A program made the translations under genes and the position numbers. Below, in pieces: positions 1-11,704 of a stretch of 64,000 bases of DNA. Where the stretch lies: assembly GCA_001643675.2 (NCBI GenBank), contig LSRY02000031.1:620001-684000 (forward strand), in the 5' to 3' direction. How positions within the stretch are numbered: position 1 is the first letter of the stretch; every line of letters starts with the position of its first letter. Origin of the DNA: Monocercomonoides exilis PA203. Its lineage: Eukaryota > Protista > Preaxostyla. The notes beneath the pieces are model-generated. The model was not told where the DNA came from. It did not search any database and worked only from the letters and a program-made list of their open reading frames with translations.

Positions 1-204
1 TCGGTTTGAAAAATCGTGTTCGATGTTTGGAAAAAAGCACTTGAAAAAAATCAAATATTTTCAAGAAGCATTTGTCTTTCTTAGATCTCGAACATCGGCT
101 TTTTAACATTTTGCAATGCATTAGTCTTTTCCTTCCAAATAAACTTGAAAAAACATAAAAGCTGTCTAATTTTTTTTTTGACAAGTTCCATTTGTTTAAT
201 TTTC

Positions 205-615
205 AAATGGGGGAAAATACGGACTTTCAAGCTTTTTTTGCACAATGCAAGAAAAAATTGCTTCACTTTGAACATTTTTAAACTCACCCAGATTTCAAAA
301 ACAATTTGATTTTCATTACTGCAAACAAACATCATTGATGTTATCACAAAATGTTTTGTGACCTCACATGTATTTCAAAAAATAAACCAATTTTTTTTCA
401 AAATTCTTTGATCACAAAAAGATTATCTGATGTGCATAATTATTTTATGAAAAAGCTTGAAGTCTCATATTTTCCCCCAAATAAAGTTTAATTATCATAT
501 TTCGATCAAATTCAAATCCTCATTCACCAAATTCAGATGTTATATAAACAAAATCTTGACAATGTCATTATTACCATTTTTGTGAGTTTCGTGAGTGGGA
601 ACTGAAATTTGATCG
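205..615. repeat. Dispersed non-coding repeat, inverted relative to copies at ~50050-50085 and ~50780-51050
   Basis: Reverse complement of 205-480 aligns with 50780-51050 (e.g. TCAATGATGTTTGTTT.CAG..ATGAAAATCAAATT..TTTTGAAATCTGGG); rc of 586-615 matches GATCAAATTTCAGTTCC at ~50051. Boundaries approximate. Confidence 0.7.
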
Positions 616-1401
616 AAATATGATATTTAAACTTTATTTGAAAATTCAACAAAAGGAACTTTACAAAAAAATTTAGACAGCTTTTTAATTATCAATATCC
701 CGAAAAAAGTTATGATTTCAAAATAATTACCAATGGAGAAAATTTTTTGAATCGTTTTGTCATCAATGCAAAAAATTTTTCTTATTGATGCTGCAAATAG
801 AGAAATACATATCAAAGCTTTTTTCACAAAAGAAAAATTGATATATGCATTCTTCCCTTTTTCATGACTCAGAGAATAAAATATTTCCGTTGAATTCAAA
901 TTCCCAAAGATAAAGATGAAAACCTGTTTTATAAACGAAGCAGAAAGAAATCAGAAATATATTGTAATTTTGTAATTTTCATCATAAATCACTTTGAAAT
1001 AGTTTGTTATCAATTGAATTTAAAACCAATTCAAAATTTGATAAAGTTTAAAATTCTTTCCAATTCGTTTCTCGTTTTATAACAATAACAATCGATATCC
1101 AACATACATTGATTTTTCGAAGTGAATTCAACAATTCCAAATTGTTCAGTGAAGCGAAAGAAAACTCCTTGAGGTGAGAAAAATGATAAAGTGAAAAATT
1201 GAAATTGAAAAATATCAAAAAGATAGGCAGCAAACAGTATGGCAAGGCAAGTGAAGTGGAAAAGAACATTAATTCCGTCATCTTCTTTATTGCTCTTTAT
1301 TTAAAAATCGAAAAAAAATTTCAAAAACTTTATTTTTCACCTTGTCACAATTCTTTGTATGCCCATTTTCACTTTCTTTCTCTTCAAATACCATCTCTTT
1401 C

Positions 1402-4400
1402 TCACTCAGCAAAGAACCTTCGCTTTTTGGCAGCATGCTCCACCTGCTTCTTAACCAGCGTATCTGCCCCTGAGCTGTGCTTAAACGAAGGATGAGAGGC
1501 ATCCAGCGAATACGATCCATCGTCAAACAAAGCAGAAAACCGCTTGTCTTCTCCTATTTCACTCACAATTTCTGCTTCATCTCTCTTTTTCAGCGGCTTT
1601 TGCTGCTTTTCTTTCCCTTTCTCCTTCTCCTTTCCTTTTCCTTTTCCCTTTCCCTTTCCGCTTCCTTCTTCTTTCTCTCCCTCTTTCTCCTCTCCTTCTT
1701 CTGGCAGCCCCAGAAGCCTCCTTCTTTCTCGCAATGCCTCTCTTTCGGCTATCTTCCTCTGCTCTTCTGCCAACTGCTTTGCCTGCTTTCGCTCTTCAAT
1801 ACGCTTCTGCTTCTTCATCTGCCTGTGCGAAATCTGTCTTCCTTCTCCCTCTCCTTCCTCTCCTTCTTCCCTTTCATTCAAGAAATCTAATTCTTCTTTC
1901 TCTCTTCTCTCTTCTTCTTTTCTCCTTTGCTTCATGCCTTGCTTGCTCAACGCTTCCTTGTAATACTCCTTTTCTTTCTGAGCCATCTTTCCATCTTTTC
2001 CCATTTCGCTCCTTTCCATCTTCCTCTTTTCCGGCAGCTCCGACAGAAAATCATCTTCAAATTGCATTCTATTGCTATTTTTGTCTTTCTCTCTTCTTCC
2101 TTCTCTTCCTCCTCTTTTCTCATTCGCATTCTCAAACTTCTTTCCTTTCTCTCCTTTTTCTCCCTTTCCACGCTTCTCTCTTCCAAATACAGACCCAGTT
2201 CCTGCTTTCGCATCTGCTCCTTCTTCCTTCTCAAACCCAAAATCGTCCTCTTTGTTCATCTCTCTTTCTTTCGCCCCGTCGAAAAACAGATCTCTCCCAA
2301 ATCCCTTCGTCGGGAGCACTTTCTGTGTGTATTCCTTCCCTTCTTTCTTTCCTTTCCCTTTTCCTTTCTCTTTCTCTTTTCCTCCTCCTTCTTCTTCTTC
2401 GTTCAATGGAAGTGCCAATGTTGGAATAAACTTGATTTTGAATCCATCGTCTTTCACTTCTCCTTTCGCTTTTTTATCCGAATCAGATTTTTGTGGTTTT
2501 TGTGCTTTTGATTTATTCTTCTTTTTCTCTTGTTCATCATCTTCCTCCTCTTCCTCCTCCTCCTCCTCTTCTTCCTCTTCCTCTTCTTCCTCTTCCTCTT
2601 CACTTTCGCCTTCACTTTCACTGTCGTTTTCTGACTTTTTCTTCTTCTTGTTCACTTTTTCGTCTTCCATTCTTTCTGCAGGTAGCCCAAGCATCGCTCT
2701 ATACTCTGCCTCACTTAATCCAAAAGTGCTTTTCTTTTTTTCTTTTTCTTTTTCTTTTTCTTTCTTTTCACTTTTTCCTTCTTGTTTTTTCTCTTTCTCT
2801 TTCTCTGAATTTGCTTTCTTCACTTGCTTTTCTTTTTTCTTTTTCTTTCCTTCCTTCTCTTCTTCTTCTTCTTCCTTCATCTCTTCCTCCTCTTCATCTT
2901 CATCTTCCTCTCCTCCTTCCATTTCTCCTTCCACTCCTCCTTTCTCCTCCTCCTCCATCATCATCCGATCATCCTCCTCCACCTCAGATGGCGATGCCAA
3001 GTATTCTGCAAAATCCACCTCGTCTAGCTCAGCCTCTGTGAACTTCCTTGATAGCAGCTTCGCCCTCTTCGTGTCTGTCCTGTCCCACGTGTCTTCCACT
3101 TTCGTGCTGCTCAGCGCTGCCGACTTGAACGATGGCGGGTGATATTTCCCTGAAAGATGCTCAGCATCTTCAGATGTGAAGGATTCGCTGGGGAAGATAA
3201 AATGCATGAGAATAAGAAAAATAAAAGTTAGTGTCACATAAGATTTCATTACCAAAAATTTGAAAATATAAATACACGATAAAATAAATTAATGATAATA
3301 AAAATTTAACCTTCTTAAATTCCTTCTTCTTTCACTCACTCACCCATTCATCCATTTATTCATTTATTCACATACACCACCTCCTTCGTGAATGTCTCCT
3401 CGTCTGGCACAAATCTCAGGTCCATCACATTTCCTGTCGACATAATCTCCACCCCATCGCAGTTGTTGTACAGATGATCTGCCGTTTCTGCGCTGTCACA
3501 CTCGACAATCGCATAGAAATACCGCAATTTCGCTGCCTCATACTCCCTCAACCGCTCCATCTCTTCTTTCTCTTCCTTCTCAAGTGTCCGCTTGTCTTTG
3601 AAATGAGATGACAAGTTGATTTCATCAGCATCTTCTGAGTCGTATTCGTCAAGTGACATCGAAGAATCGTTGCTGCCTTCTTCTTCTTCTTTCTCTTTGT
3701 CTCCTTCCTCTTCGTCTTCGTCTTCTTCATCATCTTCTTTTTCTGAGCTCACGCTTTCATCATTCTCTTCTTCGTCTTCATTATCTTCTTCACTGGAGTT
3801 ACCATTCTCTGAATCATCATCGTCTTCTTTGTCTTCGTCTTCATCATCATCTTCCTCACCATCTTTTCCTTTGCCTTCCTTTGCCTTCAGCTTTTCTATC
3901 ACATGAAGAACATGCTTAGGTCCATATGTGATATCTTCCTTGATCATCTTCTCACCAAAGTCCGAAAGATACAGCTTCACACTCTTGATTGATCCAGTCG
4001 CAGGCAAAAATGACTTAAGAAGAAGATAAATATCTTTCGTCTAAAATGAAGATTTCATTTGCATTAGAAATTTGATGCAATTGAGTTGTGGATTGGATAA
4101 TTGTTTTTTATATAAGGATTTCATTTCGAATAAAATTCGAATATTTGAATAAAAATGATATAAACATGTCAAATAATTCTGAATTTATAAAAATAAAAAT
4201 AAATAATCACACTCGTATTTCCTCCCAGTCACAATTCATAACAGCTAATCGATTTGTTTCTTTGTTAGCCTTTGGAGCATCTAGCCCATAGATTTGTTCA
4301 AACATAGTCGGTGCCCCATCGTCGATGTCCTCTTCTACCATGTCTTCAATTTCCATGCTTGTTGTGCTTTCGCTTTCTTCCTCAGATTCCCCTTCTTCCT

Positions 4401-4989
4401 CTGATATGTCCATATCTTTTTCACTTGTTTCTTCTTCGGATTCTTCTGATAATTCCTTTTCATCTTCGGATTCCACCTCTGATTCATCTTTGTGTGTTTT
4501 GTGAGATTTTTTTGATTTTTTAACTGATTTCTTATGTGTTTTTAACTCTTCATCAGAAGATGAAACTTCGTCCCAATTTTCCATTTCCTCTGACAAAGAT
4601 GAATATTTCCTTTCTCTATAAAGAGAAAATATTTAAAATAGCATTTTAATAATTATACTGCCAACATACGGTTCTTCATTTGCGTTTTCATGTGATTTTA
4701 TATTATAAAACTTTCTCAGACGATCAGCTGTTTTGCTCTGTGATGCTTTTCTTCCTCGTTCATCGATATTCGCTATCAAAAATAAAAAGAAATTGTAAAT
4801 AAGATAAATTAATTTTAATATTGTATCAGAACCTGAAGTTGAGAAAGAAGGATCATTAAACATTGCATCGAATCTTGAGTCAATTTCAACTTTTTTCTGT
4901 TTCTTTTTCATTGGTTGATATCTTGGATCATGTTTAGCTGATGCAAATCTGGGATCACTAATTTCAGGTATTTTTCTACTTCGTGGCAT
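1402..4989 (-). CDS. ESF1: Pre-rRNA processing protein ESF1 (multi-exon; joins ORFs 4633-4989, 4207-4596, 3360-4007, 1402-3255)
   Basis: N-terminal DPRF..HDPRY..KKVEIDSRFDAMF; TNRLAVMNCDWEEIR; SVKLYLSDFG; LREYEAAKLRYFYAIVECDS..YNNCDGVE..DLRFVPD; C-terminal NUC153-like DKRFSALF...SHPSFK. Confidence 0.93.
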
Positions 4990-5027
4990 TCGAAATAATA
5001 ATTATTTTTATTTCAAATTAAAAAAAG
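4990..5027. promoter_or_regulatory. Very short divergent (bidirectional) intergenic region between ESF1 and FKBP
   Basis: ESF1 ATG at 4989 (-) and first FKBP ATG at 5028 (+) are 38 bp apart. Confidence 0.55.
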
Positions 5028-6021
5028 ATGGGTGTATTACCCATATTCACTTATCAATTATTGATGGTTTTGTTTTTGTTGCTTTCTGCTGTTGCATTTT
5101 GCGCAGATCCTCCGCTGTCAACAAATGATCCTTTATATGTACCCCCAAGAAAGCGTCCATATTCAACATTACAAATTGGAGTGACAAAGAGAAGCGACAA
5201 CTGCACAAACAAAGTACAACGGGGAGATGAAGTTGAAGTGTGATGATTGTTCATTATTTTAATTATTAGATACGTGCATTATTTTTATGAAAAAGATTGC
5301 GTACAATTTGACTTTATTCACAGCGAAACGTCGCGTGGATTATACAAAGCCAAATGAATCGTTTATATTTAAGACAGGCTATTCTCAGACGCTTGATGGT
5401 TTGCTTTTTTAATGAAGATAATTTTAAACTTAATTTTTCTTTGATATTTTTGGCTTTTTTTATTTTTTCAGGATTAGATCAAGTTTGTGAAAATTCTATC
5501 AATTTTATTTTATTATTTTTTGACTTATGAAACCAAAATAATTTACACGTGGACTTTATAAAGGGTGTTCTTGGTATGTGCATCGGAGAGAGACGCAGGA
5601 TCCTTATCCCTGCCTCCCTTGCCTATGGAATGAGAGGAGCCGATGATGTTGTACCAGGTATTCTCTTTGGTTATTAGAAATTTTATAACAAACCAATATG
5701 CATTGTCTTTTAACGCAAATAGGTGGATGCGCAATCATCATGGACGTTGAGTTGTTGGATATGTTTCCACTTGAGTTTGATGAGGAAAAAGCAGATAAGT
5801 TTTTGAAACGGAGAATGGAGTTAGAAGAAAGAGCAAAAGAAGGTGATTGGGATGAATATTTAGAACCAAAACCTTTTGATCCACTTCGATACAATTTAAT
5901 ACGTCAAGTTGGAGGCGTTATGAAGAGAACATATCATGCACCTCCTCGTCCAACTCTTCCAAGAAGAGTGCGTGAAAAACCAAGAAAGAAACGACCTCAA
6001 CTTGAAGATTTGGAGATTTGA
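5028..6021 (+). CDS. Secretory-pathway FKBP-type peptidyl-prolyl isomerase (FKBP2/FKBP13-like); exons 5028-5237, 5296-5398, 5472-5482, 5564-5657, 5723-6021
   Basis: Hydrophobic signal peptide; LQIGVTKRSDNC..GDEVE; spliced [40 protein letters not shown] matches the FKBP fold; all introns are GT-AG and keep the frame. Confidence 0.88.
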
Positions 6022-6257
6022 TGGCATTGTCTTATCTTTCGCTGATTTCTTCTTTTTTTTCAGTTTTATTTTTGTTCAATTTGCGTGTTATATTTTCTCT
6101 CATTTGTAAAAACTAACATTTTAACTGCTTAACCTTCATATCAGCTTAACGACTTTTTTATTCCAATGCTATAATCAAATTCATTATCCATAATGCGAAC
6201 TTAAATAATAACTTATAAAAATTTTTTTATTGATCAATTTTCCCTTCATTGAAAGTG

Positions 6258-7717
6258 ATGGAATCTGTTTGGGTTCCAAAGCCTGGAACCTCTCGATGGT
6301 CAACTGAAAGGAGGCCATCATATTTTACCCCAGGAACGGTCACACATTTGGAAGGAGAACTGAGCAGAGAAGCAATTGATTTCTTTGCAATGAAGCAAAG
6401 ATTGAAGGAAGTCACGAAAAAACTTGAAACTGGAGACTTTGATGGTGAGCTTGTACCAAGAGGTCAAGAATTCGCTCCAGTATACGATGAAAGTGGAAAG
6501 AGGTTGGTTGGAATGAATGAAAAAACGAAAATAAGACTTCAGTTGGAAAAGATGTCATTATCTGAAATAACTATTCCTCTAAATCCTGTTCACAAGGTTT
6601 GAAAATACATTATTTTTTCATCTTTATTTTTTAATTTTTATTTTGATTGAATTTGTTTTTAATTACAAATTATTTTCAATTTTTCAAGTTACAAGCTTCG
6701 ATGGAAACAAAGGTTGCTCCAAGGAAATATAGAAAACATTTTCTTCCTGAAATAAATGATCCTCATCTTAATGTACTTGGATTGCTACTTGGACCACGTG
6801 GGCAAACCTTGAAAGAAATTGAAGCAACATCACACACAAAGATCACTTTTCGTGGAAAGGGATCAAACCGTACGAAAAGAGAGGTCGGGAAAATATATCC
6901 AGGTTCTGATGAAGAACTCCACGCGTACATCCAAGCAGATACAGACGAGCAAATCAACGCAGCAGTCACTATCATTGATCAGCTTTTGATGCACCCTGAC
7001 ATGCAAAATGAGTTCAGAAGGCAGCAGCTTAGAGAATTAGCGAAGCTAAACGGAACAGATATGTCCGCAGGGACACAGGGCTGCTCAATATGTGGGTCGA
7101 CGCTTCATTCTGCAGAGGAGTGCCCGCAAAAGGACAGAGAAAAGAGAGGAGGAGAAGGAGGATTTTTGGGTTCATTAATTGGAGGTGAGATTGGAGCAGG
7201 CAGCGCCGATGGAGGAGGCGAAGAAGAAGCGAAAGGAATGATGAATTCTGAAGGCAAAGGAAATAGTAGTAGCAGCAGCAGTAGCAGTGAAGTTGATACA
7301 GAAAAGGCATATGAAGACTTTCTGAAGGAGATTGGGCCAGGGACTGATGGCAAGAATGCTAATGAAGGAGCGAATGCGTCTGGGGTGCCGATGGGGATGG
7401 GGGGAATGATGGGGATGGGGATGGGGATGAACATGGGAATGGGCATGGGCATGCCGATGATGATGGGGATGGGATATGGTGCTGGGGGAGCTGGAGGAGC
7501 AGGAGGAGCAGGAGGAGCAGGAGGTGCGGGAGGTGCTGTAAGTTCATCTGGATTGGAAGGGAAAACAGGAGATGGAAAAGAAAGTGGAGGGAAAGAAGGA
7601 GAAGAAGGAGAGGATAAGAATAAGAGTGAAAAGGAGGAAAACACTGTGGATCCGCTGGGGGTGCTGCAGAAACAGCTGGAAACGCTTTACACTCCTTCTT
7701 TTGATCCATGGGCTTGA
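6258..7717 (+). CDS. SF1: Splicing factor 1 / branchpoint-binding protein (BBP/MSL5); exons 6258-6596 and 6689-7717
   Basis: SRW ULM-like motif, PVYDESGKR, KH domain GLLLGPRGQTLKEIE..KITFRGKGS, QUA2 RRQQLRELAKLNGT, zinc knuckle CSICGSTLHSAEEC. Confidence 0.92.
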
Positions 7718-7718
7718 G

Positions 7719-7777
<59 letters not shown>

Positions 7778-7810
7778 AGAAAGAAAGAAAGAAAGAAAGA
7801 GAAAGAGAAA
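7718..7810. repeat. (AG)n/(AAAG)n microsatellite
   Basis: Directly visible immediately after the SF1 stop codon. Confidence 0.9.
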
Positions 7811-8380
7811 GAATTATTGAATATCACTTCATTTTACTCTTTTTTTATTTTTTTTTTATTTTTTTTTTCAAAATCAATTCAATTTGATGTTTGCTCAGCA
7901 AACTTCTATCTTTCTTTTGTTATAAAGTTATGTAATAATCAAATTCAATCTATTTGCTTTATTTTTCTAATGAAAATGAAAATGAAATGAAAATTTAACA
8001 ATTGCAAAATAAAATATATTAAAAAAATATAGTAAAAATTAAAAAAAAACCTCCAAAAGAAGTGAAAATGCAAGAACAGAAAGCGAAAAATCTTTTCAAA
8101 GATAGATAATTGAACAAAAACATTCAAAAAAATTTGCAACTTCTCAAAGATCAGACAAAACATAAGCATTTCAGATAGAAAAAGAATAAGATCAATAAAA
8201 AAAATTAAAATCAAACATCTTTTTTGACATGAATATTTGAAATGTTATTTCATACGCGCGCAAAAATATATATTTTTTCTCCCTCTCACCCTCTCACTCT
8301 CACCCTCTCGCCCTCTCACCCTCTCATTCATCCAGTCATTTATTTATTCATTTCTATACAATAACAACCAATTCAACTTC

Positions 8381-11300
8381 TCACCAAAGTGCATCCTTCG
8401 TCAGAAACAGCTGCTCTTCTTCCTTCTGCAGCCATATGCATATCTTCATCAGCTCATGCGCAATCACTTCCTTTGTCGTATTCCCATCAAACGCACACAA
8501 AAGCACTGAATCTCCTCCGTCCCCTCCAAACAAGCCCCTCCCCACCCTCCTCCCCATCTCTGGCCCAAACAACTCGTCTCCTGCCTTCTCATCCATCTGC
8601 CTCGCCTCTCTCTCCATCTCCGCCGCTGCCACCTCCGACCGGCTGATCTTCACCCCTCCAACAGAAGTGCCAACAATACTGCCATCTTCACTTCCTCCTC
8701 CTCCTCCTCCTCCTCCCGCTGCTGATATATTCCTCACCAGCCCCGCCACACTCGCTGCCACTTCCCCAGCCACTGCCATCTGCTGTGGCGGAGGCTGTCC
8801 GTTTTTGCTCCTCTCCTTCTCTTTCTTCTTCTTCTCTCTCAGCGCCACACTTCCTCTCAGAAAGACTGAGGCACCAACGAGTGTTTCTCCGGATGGATGC
8901 ACAGCACACACAAACGTGACCACAGGAAGTGGCTGATACGTCGGTGGCAGCTGCGAAAGAGGCAAGTTTACGTTTTGAGCAGACGATGATAAAGAAGATG
9001 ACGACAAAGAAGAAGAAGAAGAAGAAGGCGATGGTTTATTCACAGAGCCCGCACTTCTCTTTTCCCTCTTCGCCTCCAGCTGTGCATTCGCCACAAACGC
9101 TGCCGATGCGCCTTGCTTCGACGGCGGGGGCAGCAGCTGCGGAGGCTGCGGGGTGACTGCAGTGGCATACTGCATCGGATACACACTCAGAGGAGAAGGC
9201 GGGAGAACAGGAGAAAACACACCAGACGCTTTGGAAAGCGTCGTAGGCGACGTGAAATGAAGAAGCGCCTCAGTCACTGCGGGGTCAGCTGGCTTCTCGG
9301 GAATAGGATCGGGCACAGGCGCGGGAGGGGACGGGATAACCTTCGGCTTCTCAGAGCTTTCGTCTCCTTTTCCTGCAATTGATGCTGATGTTGAAGTTGT
9401 TTGTGATTGTTGATTCTTTTCTCCTTCGCCTTCTCCCTCTCCCGTCTTCTTCTTCTCTTCCTCTTCTTCTTTTTCCTTTGCCTCTGCCTCAGCCTGTTCA
9501 CTGCTCCTCTCGTACTGCATGCCCATCTTCGATGTGATCCCCATCCTCTTCATCCTTTCCTTCTCCTGCTGCGCTCTCACTCTCTCCTTCTCCCTCTCCA
9601 CCCGCACACGATACACCCCCAAACAGCTCGCCGACTCAGCGTCGCTCGCCATCAGCGAGTAAAGCCACTGGTATCGCTGCAGCAGCCTCTTCTGCTCTCC
9701 TCTCGTGTGGAAAGGAGGGCAAACACCTGAAGCCACGTGCTGCCGGAGCGTCTGGTTGATAAAGAGGAAGTGGCGACAATGCGGAGACTGCGGGGACGAC
9801 GGGGAAGAGGCCCATGATGTGGAAGAAGAGGAGGAGGAAGAGGAAGAGGAAGAAGAAGAAAGTGATGTGGGAGCAACTGAAGAGAGGACAGAGGAAACAG
9901 AAGGCTGGTTGACAGGGAGAGTGGATGTGAAGGGATAGAAAAAGGAGAAGGTGAAGTCAAAAGCAAAGCGCGCTTGTGTGCTGAGTAGGTTGGACTGCTG
10001 AAGAGAAGATGTGTCGTCATCTTCATCAAGCTCTTCTTCCTCCTCTTCCTCTTCTTCTTCTTCCTCTTCTCCTTCTTTTTCTTCTTCTGCATTTTCCTTT
10101 TCTTCGCCTTCTTTTTTGTTATCACAACCTTCGCCTTCGCCTTTGTCTTGCTCGCCTTCTTTCTTTTCTTCTGTATTTTTATTGTCTTCATTTTCTCCTT
10201 CCTTATTCTCTCCTTCTATTTTCTCTTTCTCTTTCTCTTTCTCTTTCTCTTTCTCTTCTTTCTTCTTCCTCCTCATCTCCTCTCTCATCTTCCTCCTCAT
10301 TTCCCTCCTCTCCATCCTCTCCTCTCTCTTTTCCTTCATCTTCTCCATCTTTATCCTCTTTTCCTCCTCCTCTTCTTCTTTCCTCATCAAACTCTTAATC
10401 CCCGCAAAATCCCCTTCTTCAAACACAGACAGCGGAGTCAGCATCTTCATCGCCTCCTGCATCAGCGCCTGGAACAGCCCGTTCTGCTGTATGAACTGCA
10501 CAAAGTCCGCCGAGTACTTCTGAAGAGCCGCCAGCGACGACGCATCGGACTTGTTGGTGATGAGTGTGATGCACAGAGGAAGAGGGCACAACGCTGCTTT
10601 GTTCAGAAGACGACGAGGTAGCGCGTTTTCTCTGCTTGCTCCTCCTCCACCGCTGTTGTTGTTGTTGTGGCTGGCCTCTGCAGATCCGTCGGCTGGGTCG
10701 CCTGGGACAGTGCCTGGAGACTGATAGTAAGGTGATGGTGATGCGAATGGAGAAGAAGAAGAAGAAGAAAATGATGAAGAAGATGATGATGAATAAGAAG
10801 AAGAATTGCTGGAAGAAGTCGATGCAGAAGCAGAGGATGACGAAGAAGAAGACGAAGCAAGCGGCGACGGGGCGTCAGCCGAGCTTCTGTGGGGGTACCA
10901 GTACTCGTACTTTATGTGTGCGTGCAGAAACCCCTCAGATGAGAAGTGGGGGAGGCAGATGGAGGGGAAGGACTCTTCGTCTTTCATCGTGGCTGGCGTG
11001 TTCAGCGTGTTCAGCAGCACAATCACGTCGCCTGGGTGCAGCGGCGCCCGGTGCTTCGAGTGGCCCATCATGATGACATGCCGCCCGATGCTGATCACCA
11101 CAAACAGCAGATAGTCGGGCGTGTCCTGCTTGTGTATCCGGTTCGTCAGCGCCTTCCTGACTGAGTGCGTAAGCGGGAAGACGCTAAATGTCTCCGAAAA
11201 ATAGGACGGGTCGAGGTTCATAGAGCGGACTACATCATCCAAAAGTCCTTCCGAGCCAGCAATAAGTCTTCGCAAGTCCATTGATGCATTTCGTTCAAGT

Positions 11301-11704
11301 TGTTTTTTTCCTCGATTTGACATCACAGATAGAAGAGTCTGCATCAAAAAATAGCACTGCGTTCGAACAATAGCTTCTGGTTCATCGTTTCGAGTAACAA
11401 CAACAGTGTAAAATGGATCTTCAACAACAAATACGATTCGATGAGATCCGCATTCAATAGAACGAATGAGATCGCCTTGATTCGATGAAAATGAGACCAT
11501 CATCTGGAGAACTCCAAAAAAAGGCGCAAGGTCATTTTCGTCACCATACCTTGAGTAGATTGGCTTTGCTGCATTTGTCATAATAAAAATATGTTTTTTT
11601 CTGCGCTGCCACCTCAAAGAAGTGTTGTCTTCTTTTCCTTTTCGATACAAATGCCGCTTTTCTTTCCATTCGAGATGATATAATCTGTCTAAATGTGCTG
11701 ACAT
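8381..11704 (-). CDS. MON1: Vacuolar fusion protein MON1/SAND (Rab7 GEF subunit), single exon, 1107 aa with low-complexity inserts
   Basis: W..RKKHIFIMTNAAKPIYSRYGDE, DLIRSIECGSHRIVF, DLRRLIAGSE, PSICLPHFSSEGFLHAHI, C-terminal WLQKEEEQLF. Confidence 0.92.
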   Translation of the reverse strand: MSAHLDRLYHLEWKEKRHLYRKGKEDNTSLRWQRRKKHIFIMTNAAKPIYSRYGDENDLAPFFGVLQMMVSFSSNQGDLIRSIECGSHRIVFVVEDPFYTVVVTRNDEPEAIVRTQCYFLMQTLLSVMSNRGKKQLERNASMDLRRLIAGSEGLLDDVVRSMNLDPSYFSETFSVFPLTHSVRKALTNRIHKQDTPDYLLFVVISIGRHVIMMGHSKHRAPLHPGDVIVLLNTLNTPATMKDEESFPSICLPHFSSEGFLHAHIKYEYWYPHRSSADAPSPLASSSSSSSSASASTSSSNSSSYSSSSSSSFSSSSSSPFASPSPYYQSPGTVPGDPADGSAEASHNNNNSGGGGASRENALPRRLLNKAALCPLPLCITLITNKSDASSLAALQKYSADFVQFIQQNGLFQALMQEAMKMLTPLSVFEEGDFAGIKSLMRKEEEEEEKRIKMEKMKEKREERMERREMRRKMREEMRRKKKEEKEKEKEKEKEKIEGENKEGENEDNKNTEEKKEGEQDKGEGEGCDNKKEGEEKENAEEEKEGEEEEEEEEEEEEELDEDDDTSSLQQSNLLSTQARFAFDFTFSFFYPFTSTLPVNQPSVSSVLSSVAPTSLSSSSSSSSSSSSSTSWASSPSSPQSPHCRHFLFINQTLRQHVASGVCPPFHTRGEQKRLLQRYQWLYSLMASDAESASCLGVYRVRVEREKERVRAQQEKERMKRMGITSKMGMQYERSSEQAEAEAKEKEEEEEKKKTGEGEGEGEKNQQSQTTSTSASIAGKGDESSEKPKVIPSPPAPVPDPIPEKPADPAVTEALLHFTSPTTLSKASGVFSPVLPPSPLSVYPMQYATAVTPQPPQLLPPPSKQGASAAFVANAQLEAKREKRSAGSVNKPSPSSSSSSLSSSSLSSSAQNVNLPLSQLPPTYQPLPVVTFVCAVHPSGETLVGASVFLRGSVALREKKKKEKERSKNGQPPPQQMAVAGEVAASVAGLVRNISAAGGGGGGGGSEDGSIVGTSVGGVKISRSEVAAAEMEREARQMDEKAGDELFGPEMGRRVGRGLFGGDGGDSVLLCAFDGNTTKEVIAHELMKICIWLQKEEEQLFLTKDALW

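Noticed and set aside
1477-3142. Many overlapping F/L/S-rich ORFs antisense to ESF1 (similarly for MON1, the receptor gene, IST1 and 61-64 kb)
   Set aside because: Shadow frames of GAA/AAG/TCT low-complexity coding sequence.
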